DNA of 64,000 nt, taken from the NCBI GenBank assembly GCA_053919585.1, contig CM132790.1; one strand, given 5' to 3'. The position numbers and the translations under genes were made by a program. The notes below the pieces were generated by a model that was not told the DNA's origin, did no database searches, and saw nothing but the letters and a program-made list of their open reading frames with translations. Source of the DNA: Euprymna scolopes (Eukaryota). Positions 40,601 through 55,474 of the stretch are shown one piece after another (within the stretch, counting starts at the first letter, position 1; the number at the start of each line of letters is the position of its first letter).

Positions 40601-42983
40601 TTCCATAAGATGGTTTGCTGTTTTCTAACATTCTAATATAAAAAGGATTACTTTTTGGAAAAAAACAAGAAACTTGTTTTCAGAGAAAATAAAGCTGACT
40701 ACTTGATTCAATTACTTCACTGATATATTATTCTTAATTATTTGAATGATGTCAGAAACCTTTCGATATCACTTACAATAACTATTTTAGGACAGGTCAA
40801 ACTATTTGCCGTAAAAAAAAAATGATTTGTTTTTGACTAATTATGTTATACTGAAGTAATTATTTTATATGTTTGCCTTATATTTTATATGCTTGAATAA
40901 GTGAAAAACATTAATTACAAATAATCATTTCTACAGTTAAAATATAAGTACGGCATCTAATACCCTGAGTGTTATCGAATATTGTATCTTAATACATACA
41001 CTCAACACTATGGATGCACATATACGCCGATGCAAATTATAAATAGAGTAGGATATTTTGGAAGCAAAATTAAAAAAACCCGAAGATATAAGCTATATTA
41101 CAGCGTAGTAAAATCTAAATATGTTACAATTCATTGTATGAATATAATAAGCAAATGTAAAATTTATGNNNNNNNNNNNNNNNNNNNNNNNNNNNNNNNN
41201 NNNNNNNNNNNNNNNNNNNNNNNNNNNNNNNNNNNNNNNNNNNNNNNNNNNNNNNNNNNNNNNNNNNNNNNNNNNNNNNNNNNNNNNNNNNNNNNNNNNN
41301 NNNNNNNNNNNNNGTCTATGTATTTCGTGAATTTTACATGAAATAGTTTATTATGATATAATGGGGCGTTTATATAATTCCAAGTTTATAAAAACGAAGC
41401 TTACTATATTAGGATACCTTAAAACAAGTACTAGTATACCTCTAAATCTAAACATAGGTTCCTTTATTTTATAACCACAAGTAACTGGCATAATAAAAAC
41501 TCCGTTGTTATTAGTTGTTATTTTATAAATCGTCGTATATATTAATTTAATTAAAAATTAATAATATTCGTAATTTATCATATTCATTTACCAACATATG
41601 CCCTTTATTGTTTAAGTTGGTCAGAATAGCCAGTTACTTTCTTAATATCATATTCATTGTTATTGTTAGGAAAGTTATATGAAGAATGACACCAATGAGA
41701 GTTTTAGGCATACAAATATTGTATAAGGTATGTAAATACCGAGAAAGTTTATCGCTATTAAACATTCCGTAGTCTCGCATAAGATAGTGATATCCCGCCT
41801 CCCAATGAGAATAGTAATCTCGGGGTTTATTTTAGCAGACTCTATTATGAGCGAATGAGTCAGCTCGGCGAAGCCCCCTCAAAAGCATTGAACCGCCAAA
41901 CACACTTTTTTTTGCAGTTTCTATTATCCATTTATCTAATGATCGTATATGTGCTGTGTTTAGAGATTAGTTTTTTTTGTGGGGGAAGGGGAATACTTAA
42001 GATTTAAATACTGAAATCTGGGAATAATTCATTTTTATTTTAGTTGATTTTAAAATAATTTTAACTATTGTTGGCACAGTTTTCTTATGTAATTTGCTAC
42101 ACATTCGAAAAGTTTTACTAGTATATACTTTCTTTTTCTATCTATTTCCGTACTTCGTATTTTTTGTTATATATTCTCTTCTACTTACTCAACTGTCTCA
42201 TCTGTATTTTCTATTTTCGTTATTTCTATTATTGGCTCGTTTTTTGTCATTGATATTATTTCGTAGTTGCCCAGACTTTTTTACTATTATGCACATATAT
42301 CCTGCTTGTCCACGTTACCCTTATTTGTTATATGCCCTTTAATTCGTTTCGCTATCATGTACTATTAATTTCTTCTCATGTCATATCTACTTTTTAATGC
42401 AGTTATTTTTTATATTTGCATTTTTTATGATGGTTGCATTCCTCACCTTCTATTGAGAAGTTAGTTTCGAAATTTGGCAAAATATTTGTTGTTTTGAAGA
42501 TATAAAAAAACTTATGTATAGCTTTTTATTTGCTTTATTGCATTTACTATTAGTGTTTATTCTCTTAATAATTTTGATCCTTAAGTAGCATAAATAGTTT
42601 GGATGTGTTAAAAAATTAACTCTTGGCTTACATAATAAAAAACATTGTAACTAAATGCTGTAAATTAAAACTATACGGCTAATTAATTATTCCGCAAGGA
42701 ATACACATCTTATACTTACTTATTTGGGATATCGAAATATTATTTTAGCTTACTTTTTCTGTATTNNNNNNNNNNNNNNNNNNNNNNNNNNNNNNNNNNN
42801 NNNNNNNNNNNNNNNNNNNNNNNNNNNNNNNNNNNNNNNNNNNNNNNNNNNNNNNNNNNNNNNNNNNNNNNNNNNNNNNNNNNNNNNNNNNNNNNNNNNN
42901 GAGAGGTTTCAGGTCGCCCGATGAGGTCTCTTTGACTGAAAAAGATGGCTATTTGTAGCGACCATATGTCACAGTTTGCCCCA

Positions 42984-43050
<67 letters not shown>
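42984..43050. repeat. (ATA)n microsatellite abutting the LINE 5' end
   Basis: Directly visible. It produces the poly-Ile ORF 42976..43479. Confidence 0.98.
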
Positions 43051-45632
43051 TATTCTAAACTAACATCTAAATCTGACCCCCAAGATCGCCACGGGCATGG
43101 AATATGTGCCTACATTAAAGATGGCTTTCCATGTGGCAGATATATCTCCAGAGAATGGCCCAATAAACCTTGCTTCCGGGTTGCACTTGCTTACATGACC
43201 GCATTTATTGTTTCCCTCTATCGCCCTCACAACAGTGGAGTTACTGTTTTTAAGAGTATATCAGAAAAAATGACCACATCCTGTCTGCTCATCGCTCGGC
43301 TAACATTCACATTTGCAGTGATTTACATGTCCATAATGTGGAATGGCTGGCCCAATCAAATTAGACTGATGATGAGAGGAGTTTTTGTCATGATTTTGCC
43401 ATTGCCTATGACGTCACTCAGATTGTCCGCGAGCCCACTTTGCAAGCCTCCTAGACCTTTTTCTATCCACTTCCCCTGAGCTATGCTCATGGTCCGTTCT
43501 ATCTCCTCTGGAATCCTCCGACCACTGCGTCGTATCAGTTAAGATAAAAATGAAATATAATAAATCTACAGACGTACCTCTCAACCGTACTCTATACCGA
43601 TACTCAATGGCGGACTGGGATAGCTTCCGTACATTCATATATGATCTCCCTCTCCATTCCATGTTTAAAAAGGATGTGTCCTCTATAGTATCAGACCTGA
43701 CCGAATGCAGGCATAGACCAATTAATACCATCCAAAAAATTCCAACAAAAACCTAACAGCCAGCCATGGTTCTCCCCCGAATGTGCTGCTACCATCGCAC
43801 ACAGAAATAACTTTTTTCCATAGCTACCAACGCAATAGATGCATTGAAAACAAAGCTGCTTTCAGAACCGCATGCAACCACTGTAAAAGAGTAATAAAAA
43901 ATGCAAGAGAACTATATGCGCAATCACTTAAGTCCAAAGTAGGTGAGCAGCGGCTTGGTTCCCATCAGTTCTGGAAAATAGCAAATAGGATCTTGAACAG
44001 AAACGTGCGTTCTATCCCAACAATTATCAATGGACCAGAGGTCATCCCGACAGCATCCGACAAGGCCAAAGCTATTTGCCAAGAAATTTGCGGCAAATTC
44101 TACCCAGTGTGACGAAGGTTACCAACTCCCCATATGCAACATACAAATATCTGTACGTGAGGTCGCCAAGCTAATCAAGAACCTTAACTACAGTAAATCC
44201 CCGTCCCGACGGTATTCCACTTATAGTGTTAAAAAGAATTACAACCAGAACTCGCCCCCATACTTTCCAAACTGTTTAAGCGTTGCCTTATGGAGAAGTG
44301 CTTTTCGACACCCTGGAAAACCTCATCAGTATGTCCTGTATTTAAGAATTAAGGTGATAAGTCATCTCCCTCTCAGTACAGATCATAATTTCCTGTGTGT
44401 CCTGAGTAAGTTGCTGGAATCCACAATAAATAGAGAAGTAGACAAACACCTCAGCAGAAACAACCTTCTTAGCGACACGAAATATGGTTTCCGCTCTGCT
44501 AGATCTACATCAGATGTGCTAACGGTTATATCTTATAGGATTAACGAATCTCTCGACAAAGGCTTCATTTCTATGGCAATTGCTCTCGACATATCAAAGG
44601 CGTTCGATAAGGTTTGGCATAAAGGCCTACTGCACAAGATTTCCAGCTATGGTATAACTGGAAATGTTTTCTCTATAATTAAGTCATTTCTCTCAGATAG
44701 GCCTATAAGAGTAGTTGTTGATGTGCCGTAAATGATGATGTGCTCTCTTATTCTCTCTCCTCTGATCTTGAGCGCGTGATACAGTGGGGAAAGAGGTGAC
44801 TGGTTACTTTTAATGCATCTAAGACCAAGCTCCTATCTCTACATCATAAACGCTCTGATCCCCATCTGGCATCAATTGAAATGGATGGCTCTCGTCTAAG
44901 GGAGACCCCAGGCTTTGATAAGCTCCTGGGTTTGACTTTTACACCTGATCTTAAATGAAACACATACATCAAGTCTGTGGCCAACGTCGCTGGGAAAATG
45001 GTGGGATCCTTCTATCGCTCCAGAATATATCTCACTAATGATGCAATTCTCTATCTATATAAGAACCAAGTACGTCCAAAGATAGAGTACTGCTTCCACA
45101 TCTGGGCGGGGGCTGCAAAAAACAGCCTATCCTGCCTTGACAGAGTACAAAATAGACTCCGTGGCTTGGTGGGGGATAACCTTTTCTCTACCCTGCAACA
45201 TCTTTCCCACAGAAGAGACGTAGCGAGCCTGTCATTGTTCTATCGTTATTTCCATGGCAGATGCTCGTCTGAGCTCCACTCTCTGGTCCCCCCTCGATAA
45301 TCTTTCTCAAAAAACACCCGACTAACTGAAAACACCGTCATAATTTTCCCCACTCCCTATCTGTGCCTAAATCAAAACGTAGATACCATGAACAAAGCTT
45401 CTTTCTTAGAACTGCACGCCTGTGGAACTCTGTTTCGCTTGCCTGTTTCCCTACCGACTTCAACCTGGATGTCTTCAAGTCAAACACAAATAATTCCTGA
45501 TGAACCCCCCTAAGTAATGACACCTTAACAATTGTCCAATACTATTGCTACACTATCCCTTTGATTACTGTACCCACAATAACCCTTACCCCTGAGTGGC
45601 CATTGGGCCTTGATAAGTGGTTAACTCCATGG

Positions 45633-45633
<1 letters not shown>
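43051..45633 (+). mobile_element. CR1-group LINE, near-complete decayed ORF2 with an internal deletion of the RT catalytic core, followed by (TA)n(GA)n
   Basis: DPQDRHGHGICAYIK, LYRPHN, SSDHC, PWFSPEC, YGFRSARSTSD, ALDISKAFDKVWHKGLLHK, EYCFHIWAGA, LSHRRDVASLSLFYRYFHGRCSSEL. The PQG and YADD segments are missing at ~44725. Confidence 0.95.
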
Positions 45634-45689
<56 letters not shown>

Positions 45690-45934
45690 GAGAGAGAGAG
45701 AGAGAGAGGGGGAGAGAGTTAAAAAGTGATATAAAAATAGATTCCAAAATTTATGATGTTGACCATCTCATTATTTATGTCTTTAATTTATTTGATATTT
45801 ACAATTCTTGACAATTTCTGTTTCGTAGATCAAAATAAATGGTTTGCTTATTATTCCAAACAATGAATCTATTATGTCCTTTACTCATCAGAAGAAATAG
45901 CAACTGTTGTGTGGGAGATGTGGTATTTTTAAGA

Positions 45935-46646
45935 TGATGAGGGGAATATAAGGAAGAGAGACGTGATATTTATTACATTTTACAGTCCGTGATTTCTTAT
46001 AACATATCTCGTAAGAGATGTGAGGGAGGGGGTCATTGCTTATATCACAAGAGGAGGGAGCAACTCCTTACTTAGATTTAGAGAGGGTGAAATTTCTCAT
46101 AGGAAGAGGGGGCACATTACTTAGATGAGTTATACACAAAGTTAATCATAACGATTATACATTACCTTTGATTTGGTATAATGATGACACGAAGACGGCA
46201 GTTGCACAAATATGAGATGTTCTTTATTCCATTTAACCGTTCGCAATGATGATAACATCCAGGAATTCAAAGTCAACAACAGGATTAAAGGTTTTCCCGT
46301 CGCTTCCAAAGAGGCCCTCCTCATGTCAGCTCTGTCTCCTATCTCTGTCTCCAACTCTGTCTGTCCGTCCAATCTCACTAGAGCAAGTAAACTATATTGA
46401 GAATTCATTTTCTGCTATGACGTCATGTATGGCTTCAAAACGTGAAAAAAATTCACGTGGCCTAAACATGCGTGGTTCACACATGGCCAAACAATTTCTG
46501 CAGACAAAAATTGTTACTTTCCTATTTTTCGACCTAACTTATTTTTCAATATGTTTTTAATTTGCTATTGTTCGTTATTTTCTCTGACCTAATTTTTATT
46601 CAGTTTTAATAAAAAAGAATTGAACAATTAAAATGTATTTTCCAAT

Positions 46647-46689
<43 letters not shown>

Positions 46690-49600
46690 TACTTGATGTG
46701 TAACTAAACAATGCAAAATTCCTTTCTCAATCGATTTCTGAACCTTGCTTACGAGGTTCGAATTTCGGTTTATCTAATGTTTTTCTTACTTACAAGAAAA
46801 GGGGAACCTTTTCTTGTTACATTCCTTTCCTTCTTATTTTCAAACAAGTACGCATTTTTAAATTCTAGTACATTTTTCTCCATATCTATACAACCACATT
46901 GCTAAGAAAGATCAGGTCCTTTTTAAAAAAAAAACTCCTTTAGTCACGCCTTTCCAACTGTCTTCATAATTTTTTGTTTCTTCAAATCAGATCTTCTTAG
47001 ACTTTACATTTTTATTGTGAGGTATACCCTCTATGATCTACGTGAGCTGGTTCCTCCAGAAACCCTTATGTAGTAAACGGAGGTCTCGCTCTATCTCTCT
47101 CGTAATCGACGGCTTCTTTCGATCAAAAGTGTCCTGATCGTTTCTTTCTTCTAATTGTGGCTCTCTTTCATTTTCTAACTATCTTATCTTTTTGAGGCAT
47201 ACTCCAAGCTTATTTAGTTATATCTTTTTCGTTGGATTCCAATTATTAACATATGCCTTTTCATCACACTGATTTAATCGCATTTCATTGCTTGGACCGT
47301 AGGAACTTGATGAAGCGTAGAAAATATCACCCTAAACTAAATAACCACAGTCTCTTGCACCACAATTCCTATTTGCACACTAAATTCTAACTATGGACCG
47401 ATTTCGGTGATTTTCCTTTTTTTCAGCAGAGTGTCCAAGATCCAGCAGAGATATCTCGCATTCATGAATCTCTAAAACAATAGAAGGTAATATCTTCCTG
47501 CGTACTTACAGTATATTTTACTTTTCTCCCACTTAATAATGCTATATGTGATTTGCCTGTGGTACTGACTCTCATAGTATTTTTGGTACCCTAAGTATTT
47601 CTCGTATCCTTCACCGCCTGCATTTTTAATGTATTGAGCCACAACTTATAAGTCTGCTGGGTGCACTCTTTTGCGGTCTGCTTTATAAGCACTCAATTCC
47701 GCAGCATCCATTATTTTTCGAACATGTAATTTCACATGCTTACCTGGAAAGCTACTCCTCTTGGGAAAAATGTTTATGGGCATTAAAAAATAAAAAAAAA
47801 TCAATTATCAAAAAAGCAAATCTCTCCTTTGTCTTATCATATCTAAAAAATACTCTTACTGTACCCGTGCACGTGATTTTCTATTGTTCCCTCTCTAAAA
47901 TTCTAACTTGTTTCAACGCCAACAATCTCTCTCTAATAACGTTTAAATTTATTTTATTATGAATTTTTCTTTCTATTTTAATTTATCTACCTAAATATAA
48001 ACTTGAATTCCTGATTATAAAGTGGAATAATATTATACATAAATTTAAGACAATTTACAATATGATAACATTTTCAAAAAGTACTATGATTACTAAAAAG
48101 TACTATGATTTACAACGAACTTACAATTAGAACTTTTTTTTAAAAAAAGTGGTTTCTCTAGCAACAACAACATTTCAACACTGTTTGTCAAACAAAATTG
48201 CCCCTTTTTTCAAAAACAAATAAAACACATTAAAAGCTGAAAATTTTATGAACGAAAAATGCTTTCCATTACTTCATCATTTTTTTAACAATAAATGTAT
48301 TTTGTTCTCACAATTTAAAAGTTCATTTCAGTTTGATGCGTCAGAAATTTTAATTGACAAATGACCTTTAACAATTTCACTCTGACCAACATTTTCAACA
48401 ATAGAATAAATGACAGGGATTTATTATACTCACTTTGTGTGTATTTAAAACTGCATTATAATTCTTTCACATTCTGTGTGTATGTGCGTATCTTTTAAAA
48501 ATAAAACAATTTACAACTTAATGTCGGTCTATTTGACTCATTTCTACGCTAAAGTTCCCATTGACCGGTGATTGCGATCAGTGGTTATTTTGTTTTATTT
48601 TCGCAACAAGAACAGCCATCTGTTATGGCCTGTTATTAACCATTAGCAGTAACATATCAAAGCAATGTTTACTTTACTTTTTAATTGTGTATGTGATTTC
48701 TATCCTTTTTAGACTTTTATTGTTATTTTTCTTTGCGGCATATCGACATTTTTCTTTTGTGAGGATGCACAGTTTTTTTCATTGTGTGTATATGTGTATT
48801 TCCTCTAGCTTTTTCTCTTTTTGCACTATGCGTATGTGTGTCTTTCTCTTCTCTTTTAGAAAAAAATAATTACATTTTTTTATTTCGTCTAGAAATTGTT
48901 TCTTTATTTTTTTTCAGTTGACACTTACGTTGTGTTTCGTGGTATACCAAGATTCGTGTGTATTTATTCTTGCAGAATAAAATGGTGCCGGCACTAAAAT
49001 CGACGTATATGAAGCATAGCGGACATTCATATTGATGAGGGAAAAGAGATAGAAGACATTTATACATTTACAGCCTGTGGATTCTTATAACATTTATCGT
49101 AGTAGAAGTGAGGGAGGGTAATAAGTGCTTATATCACGAAAGGGAGGGGGAATTCATTACTTAGATGGAGAGGATGACACATTTCTTAGAGCGAGAGGGG
49201 GATCATTACTTAGATGAGTTATACACAAAGTTCATTATAATGATTATGATATTTGATTTGGTATAATGATGCCACGAAGACGGCAGTTACAAAAATATGA
49301 GATCTTCTTTTATTCCATTTGACCGGTCGCAATGATGATAACATCCAGGAGTTCAAAGTCAACAACATGATTAAAGGTTTTTCTCTTCGCCTCCAAAGGG
49401 GACCTCCACATGTCAGCTCTGTCTCCTATCTTCGTCTCCAACTCTATCTGTTTGTCGGTCCAATCTCGCTAAATAAGCTAACTATATTGAGAATTCATTT
49501 TCTGTTATGACGTCATGTATGGCTTCAAAACGTGAAAAAAATTCACCTGGCCTAAACCTGCGTGGTTCGTCCATTTCCAAACCATTTCTGCAGACAAAGA

Positions 49601-49869
49601 ATTGCTACTTAACTAATTTATGGCCTAACTTATTTTTCAATATGTTTTTTAATTTGCTATTGTTCGTTATTTTCTCTGACCTTATTATAATTCTGTTTCA
49701 TAAAAAGAAGTGAACAATTAAAATTCCTTTACCAATAATATGTCTAAACTATTTGATGTGAAACTAAACTTTCTTAATTGATTCGTGAAATGCTGCTTAC
49801 AAGGTTCGAATCTCAGTCTATTTAATGTTTTTCTTGCTTACAAGAAAAGGAGAACCTTTTCTTGTAACA
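45935..49869 (-). mobile_element. Non-autonomous or internally deleted LTR retrotransposon (5' LTR 49033-49869, 3' LTR 45935-46821)
   Basis: Two diverged ~840-890 bp direct repeats. On the minus strand each starts TGT(A/T)AC and ends cctcatCA. A polypurine tract AAGAAGGAAAGGAA immediately precedes the 3' LTR, and AATAAA lies inside the LTR. The 2.2-kb interior has no recognisable ORF. Confidence 0.75.
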
Positions 49870-50092
49870 CAACAATCAATCTGCCAAAAGGAAAATATCA
49901 CCATGATTAAAATCCGAAAATTGGAAGAATTCGCCATGTTCAAAATCCAAATATCGAAAAATGGGCTGCAAACGCCTTAATATGCTTCCATTACGCCATT
50001 TCAAATGTGTGAATTTGCGAGAAACTTCGTAATTATGGTGGAAGCTCATACGTTGAAACAGATGGGAGAGTCTACCATATACATACACGCAT

Positions 50093-50138
<46 letters not shown>

Positions 50139-50322
50139 CATGTGTGTGTGCATGTGTGTGTGCGTGTGTGTGTATCAGATGGCCCCAAGTAAGCATAAGC
50201 CGTGACACTATCAAGTGGTTAATATTTATTGTTAGGTTGTACTTTCCGTTTAATTCAGAGTTCTTACCCGACAGTTTTTTGGAGGCTTCTCTCTCTTTCT
50301 CTCCCCCTCTTTCTCTCTCTCT

Positions 50323-50381
<59 letters not shown>

Positions 50382-51145
50382 TATATATGTATATATATAT
50401 ATGCATATTTAAATATGTATTAATTGATTTTCCTAAAAATATGACTAAATGTGTAGGTGTAAATTTTCAAGCACGTACACCCCGTTATCTTTAAAAGGGT
50501 TACATTAGGGACTTGCATAATTTAAACCCAACTAAAACAATATGCTACGCCATTAATTATCTATTAAAAGTGTGAAGAAAAAATAACGATCACAGGAAAG
50601 TGTAATCCGCAATACTGACTTAAAACATCATTTAATATTTTAAAAGAAAAATATGTCCATTAACAACGAGCTGAATAACATTTTATAAGATTGTGTTTGG
50701 GGGAACGTTTTCAAAAGCTTATCACGCATAAGTTCGGCTTTCGCGATGTTTTCAAGTATATATTTACACACATATATATGTTTATATAAACAATACATCT
50801 ACGGATAGAGAATGTGAATCACAAGAGTTTTACATTCTACGAAATGATTCATAGGAAAGTTAAGAAAAATGTGTGTTGATTAGTGTGTGCATAGGTGATG
50901 GCAGATTTATCTTGTCTTACCATAACCGTTTCGAACTAAACACATACTTTTATACAGAGGTGCAATGATCCCATTACGACAGATATGATGACTAGGTTTT
51001 ATAAGTAATTGACAATTATACTGGTAATGTCATCAAACTTCAACGCCATAATCCTGTCATTGACACCATCATTTTCTCGTTCACTCTTTGTGATGAGCCA
51101 AAAGATGTTTATTTATATCTAAACTCTACTATAATATTTTCAATA

Positions 51146-51220
<75 letters not shown>

Positions 51221-51273
51221 CAGTTTATATATACTTTACTCTCTGCCAAAATATGGTCAGATGTATATCAATA

Positions 51274-51309
<36 letters not shown>

Positions 51310-52550
51310 TATATATATATGGGTGTGTCTGTGTGTCTTTTTACGTGTGTGTGTGTGTGTTTACGTGTGTGTACACAAAGTATACACACAGAATAATGTG
51401 CAATCCTAGTATGTAGAATGCATTGTTAGATTTTCATTTTTCGATATCTTAATTTTCTTTAATATCGGCCGTGCCAAAAAAAACTTGAATAAAACGCATT
51501 AAAACATCTTAATCTTTAAGTCTTCACCATTCAATTTCCTATGTGTGATATAAGAGAAACAAAAAACCCCAGAGAAAACATGTAAATCAACCAAACATAA
51601 TGATGGAAACAAATCTAAACAAACGGAAGAAAAATCACCCCGAATTACTCAAATAACAACGATTTAATCATCAATTCAAACAAAATCGAATCTATTATTC
51701 GTCGGATACAATATTTCTTTACGAACATAGGGTGAGTCAAAGTAAAGTTAAACAGTCGAACACGTAACATATTTTTGTCAGCAACTTCAGTCATGGAAGT
51801 TAATAGTATGGACGATTTGATGATAAAAAAATAGAATAGGAAAAGTATCTAAAAAAGTTTTACGCAAACAATAGAAAATTAAAATCAAAAAGTACAACCA
51901 TGATACCCCGACACATTATCGATTATCGTAAATCACACATACTGCAATTATCTTTCCTACTTCGTAGCCCATTTTGTTTGTGTAGTGTACTGTTATTTAT
52001 TAATTTGTTTGTGTTATAGAATGTATAAACAACCATTGAAGTATTATGACAATTATGATGCCATCTTTCTATAATAGCTTAGTCCTCAATATAAAATATT
52101 TAAATTTTGCACTAGAAAAAAAGCTCCATTTTCAAACGTTTAAACATCACTCAGTCTCTGTTTCTAACCTCTGAGAAATTGTCATAAGTTAGTTTCACTT
52201 TGACATAAACGAAATAAAAAACTACTATCTCCCGAAAAATATTTTTTTTACTATTACAAAATTTAAAAATCTACGTTATTTTAATAAATAAATATGTTTA
52301 TAAAAAATCTATCTGCATTTTTCTGTTCTGTCTTCTTAATGTAGACTGATTTTATTATTACAGAGTGTTTTTAAATGAGNNNNNNNNNNNNNNNNNNNNN
52401 NNNNNNNNNNNNNNNNNNNNNNNNNNNNNNNNNNNNNNNNNNNNNNNNNNNNNNNNNNNNNNNNNNNNNNNNNNNNNNNNNNNNNNNNNNNNNNNNNNNN
52501 NNNNNNNNNNNNNNNNNNNNNNNNNNNNNNNNNNNNNNNNNNNNNNNNNN

Positions 52551-54078
52551 TGAAACCAGAACTTGCCCCATACTTACGAAACTGTTTAAACGTTGCCTTA
52601 TGGAGAAGTGCTTTCAAACACCTTGGCAAATCTCATCAGTATGCTCTGTATTTAAGTACTCAGGTGATAAGTAATCTCCCTCTCAGTACAGACAAATAAG
52701 TTTCCTGTTTGTCATGAATAAGTTACTGGAATCCATTTTAAATAGAGAAATAGTAAACCAGCTCAGGAGAAATAACCTTCTTAGGTACACACAATATGGT
52801 TTTCGTTCTTCAATATAAACCGCAGATGGGCTAACGTTTATATATCATAGGATTACCGAATCTCTTCACAAAGGCTCCCTTTCCATGTCAATTTCTCTTG
52901 ACATATCAAAGGCCTTCACAAGGTATTGCATAAGGGCCTACTTCACAACATCTCCATATACGGTATAACTGGAAATACTCTCTTTATCATTAAACCATTT
53001 CTCTCTGATAGGCTCATAAGAGTAGTGGTTAATGGGCAAAAATCAGAGGCCTCCAGTATTAATGCCGGAGCCCCCCAAGGGTCCATCCTGGGGCCAACTC
53101 TCTTCTTGATCTACATCAACGATCTCCCTAAACACATACTAAAATCATTCGTTGGCATCTATACTGATGCCACGACCATTTACAGCAACACATCGAAGGC
53201 TGTAAATGACAAAGCTCTCTCTGATTCTCTCTCCTCTGATCTCGAACGAGTGGTTGAGTGGGAAGACGTGGCTGGTTACCTTTAATGCACCTAAAACCAA
53301 ACTCTTATCTTTGCATCATCAACGCTCTGATCCCGACCTGGAATCAATTGAAATGGATGGCTCTCGTCTAGGAGAAGCGTAATGTTTTGACAAGTTTCTG
53401 GGTTTGACCATCGCTCTTGATCTGAAATGGAACACGTTCATCAAGTCTGTTGCCAAGATCGATGGAAAGATGGTGGGATCCTTCTACCGCTCTAGAAGAT
53501 ATCTTACTATTGATGCAATTCTATATCTATATAAAAGCCAAGTACGTTCAAGGATGGAATACTGCTGCCATATCTGGGCGGGAGCTGCTAAAACATCCTA
53601 TCCTGCCTTGAACGAGTACAAAATAGACTCTGTGGCTTAGTGGGGATGCCCTTTTCTCTTCCCTGCAACCTCTCTCCCACAGAAGAGACGCTGAAAGCCT
53701 GTCTTTGTTTTATCGTAATTTCCATGGCAGGTGATCGTCTGAACTCCAATCTCTGGTTCTCCCTCGCCAATCTTTTACAAAAACCACCCCTCTAGCTGAA
53801 ACCACCGTCAAAAAATGTTCCCTACTCATTATTTATGCCTAAAACGTAGATTCCATGAACAAATCTTCTTTCTTAGAACTGTACGCCTGTGGAACTCTGT
53901 TCCGTCTGCCTGCTTCCCTCCTGACTACAACTTGGATATATTCAAGTCCAACGTAAACAAATTCCTGATGAACCGCCCCTTAAGTAGACACTTTAAATAT
54001 CCCCACTAATGTACTATACTTACAATAATCCTACTCCCTGGGTGGCTGCCGGGCCTTGATACGTGGTGACCACCTTGT

Positions 54079-54081
<3 letters not shown>
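52551..54081 (+). mobile_element. CR1-group LINE (RT to 3' end), followed by (TA)n; 5' end runs into an N gap
   Basis: PILTKLFKRCL, GAPQGSILGPTLFLIYINDLP, YTDATT, MEYCCHIWAGA, RLWNSVPSACFPPDYNLDIFKSNVN, and 3' ccgggccttgata. Confidence 0.95.
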
Positions 54082-54160
<79 letters not shown>

Positions 54161-54972
54161 TACTGCGTTAATATAACGGGCGGATTTCTGCTTCATTGGG
54201 TAATTATATCCTTTTCGTCGTATTATTTTTTTTAAATCTGCAAATCTTTTATCATTCTATGGACTGGTTTATTCTCAAAACTAAATGAATTTCTAGTAGA
54301 TGTTCCTTACGCTGTATACTTCCAATACTATTGAACAGAATTGCTATTTAATGGGGAATAACGCCATTGCTAGATAGTTTCTACTTTGAATTGCAGTAAA
54401 TAGATTATTTAAATAGCTGCGTTTTTTAGACTTGTGTAGCTAATATTTTTCCGTTTTTTTTTTAGTTTTAAATCATAAATGCATTGTAGTGCTTTATTTT
54501 TATTTGACCACATACATATTTATTTCTAATTGAAATATATACTAGTAACATTATCGTTATGACATATGTACAAGAGACAGCTTACTCTAAATATATTATC
54601 AGGTCCAATATTCTTAATTTACATCTGTAAATGTTCAATATCGTAGATTAGTTGACTCAGTTGTTAAATTAAGAATTCACACATCAGGACAGGAACGGGT
54701 AATATAATTGTAAATAAATATATATGTTTAATGTTTTTAATATAACCGAATTGCCGTGCAGATATTCTTAAGAAAGAAAAATAAGACATACTGCCATTTT
54801 CNNNNNNNNNNNNNNNNNNNNNNNNNNNNNNNNNNNNNNNNNNNNNNNNNNNNNNNNNNNNNNNNNNNNNNNNNNNNNNNNNNNNNNNNNNNNNNNNNNN
54901 NNNNNNNNNNNNNNNNNNNNNNNNNNNNNGTTCATATAGAATATATATATATATATATATAACTAGCTAGAA

Positions 54973-55004
<32 letters not shown>

Positions 55005-55474
55005 ATGTGTATTTTTTTATCTTGCTGGTATATATTAGGTTTAATATAGTAGTCGATAGATAATTGTCTATAAAGCAATAAATAAGTAATGCACATGAGG
55101 TAAAATAGCATACTGATTTGTATTTCACGACTGGGCAGCANNNNNNNNNNNNNNNNNNNNNNNNNNNNNNNNNNNNNNNNNNNNNNNNNNNNNNNNNNNN
55201 NNNNNNNNNNNNNNNNNNNNNNNNNNNNNNNNNNNNNNNNNNNNNNNNNNNNNNNNNNNNNNNNNNNNNNNNNNNNNNNNNNNNNNNNNNNNNNNNNNNN
55301 NNNNNNNNNNNNNNNNNNNNNNNNNNNNNNNNNNNNNNNNNNNNNNNNNNNNNNNNNNNNNNNNNNNNNNNNNNNNNNNNNNNNNNNNNNTATACGAAAG
55401 TATACATTTATGCGTAAACTTTAAGTATTTATTCAAAAGTGTTCAATACGTAGGTAGAGATAGCTAGTAATTTA

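Noticed and set aside
42976-43479. Poly-Ile, poly-Leu and IYIY ORFs as membrane or signal-peptide proteins (also 56381..56578 and others)
   Set aside because: They are translations of (ATA)n, (TTA)n and (TA)n microsatellites running into transposon fragments.
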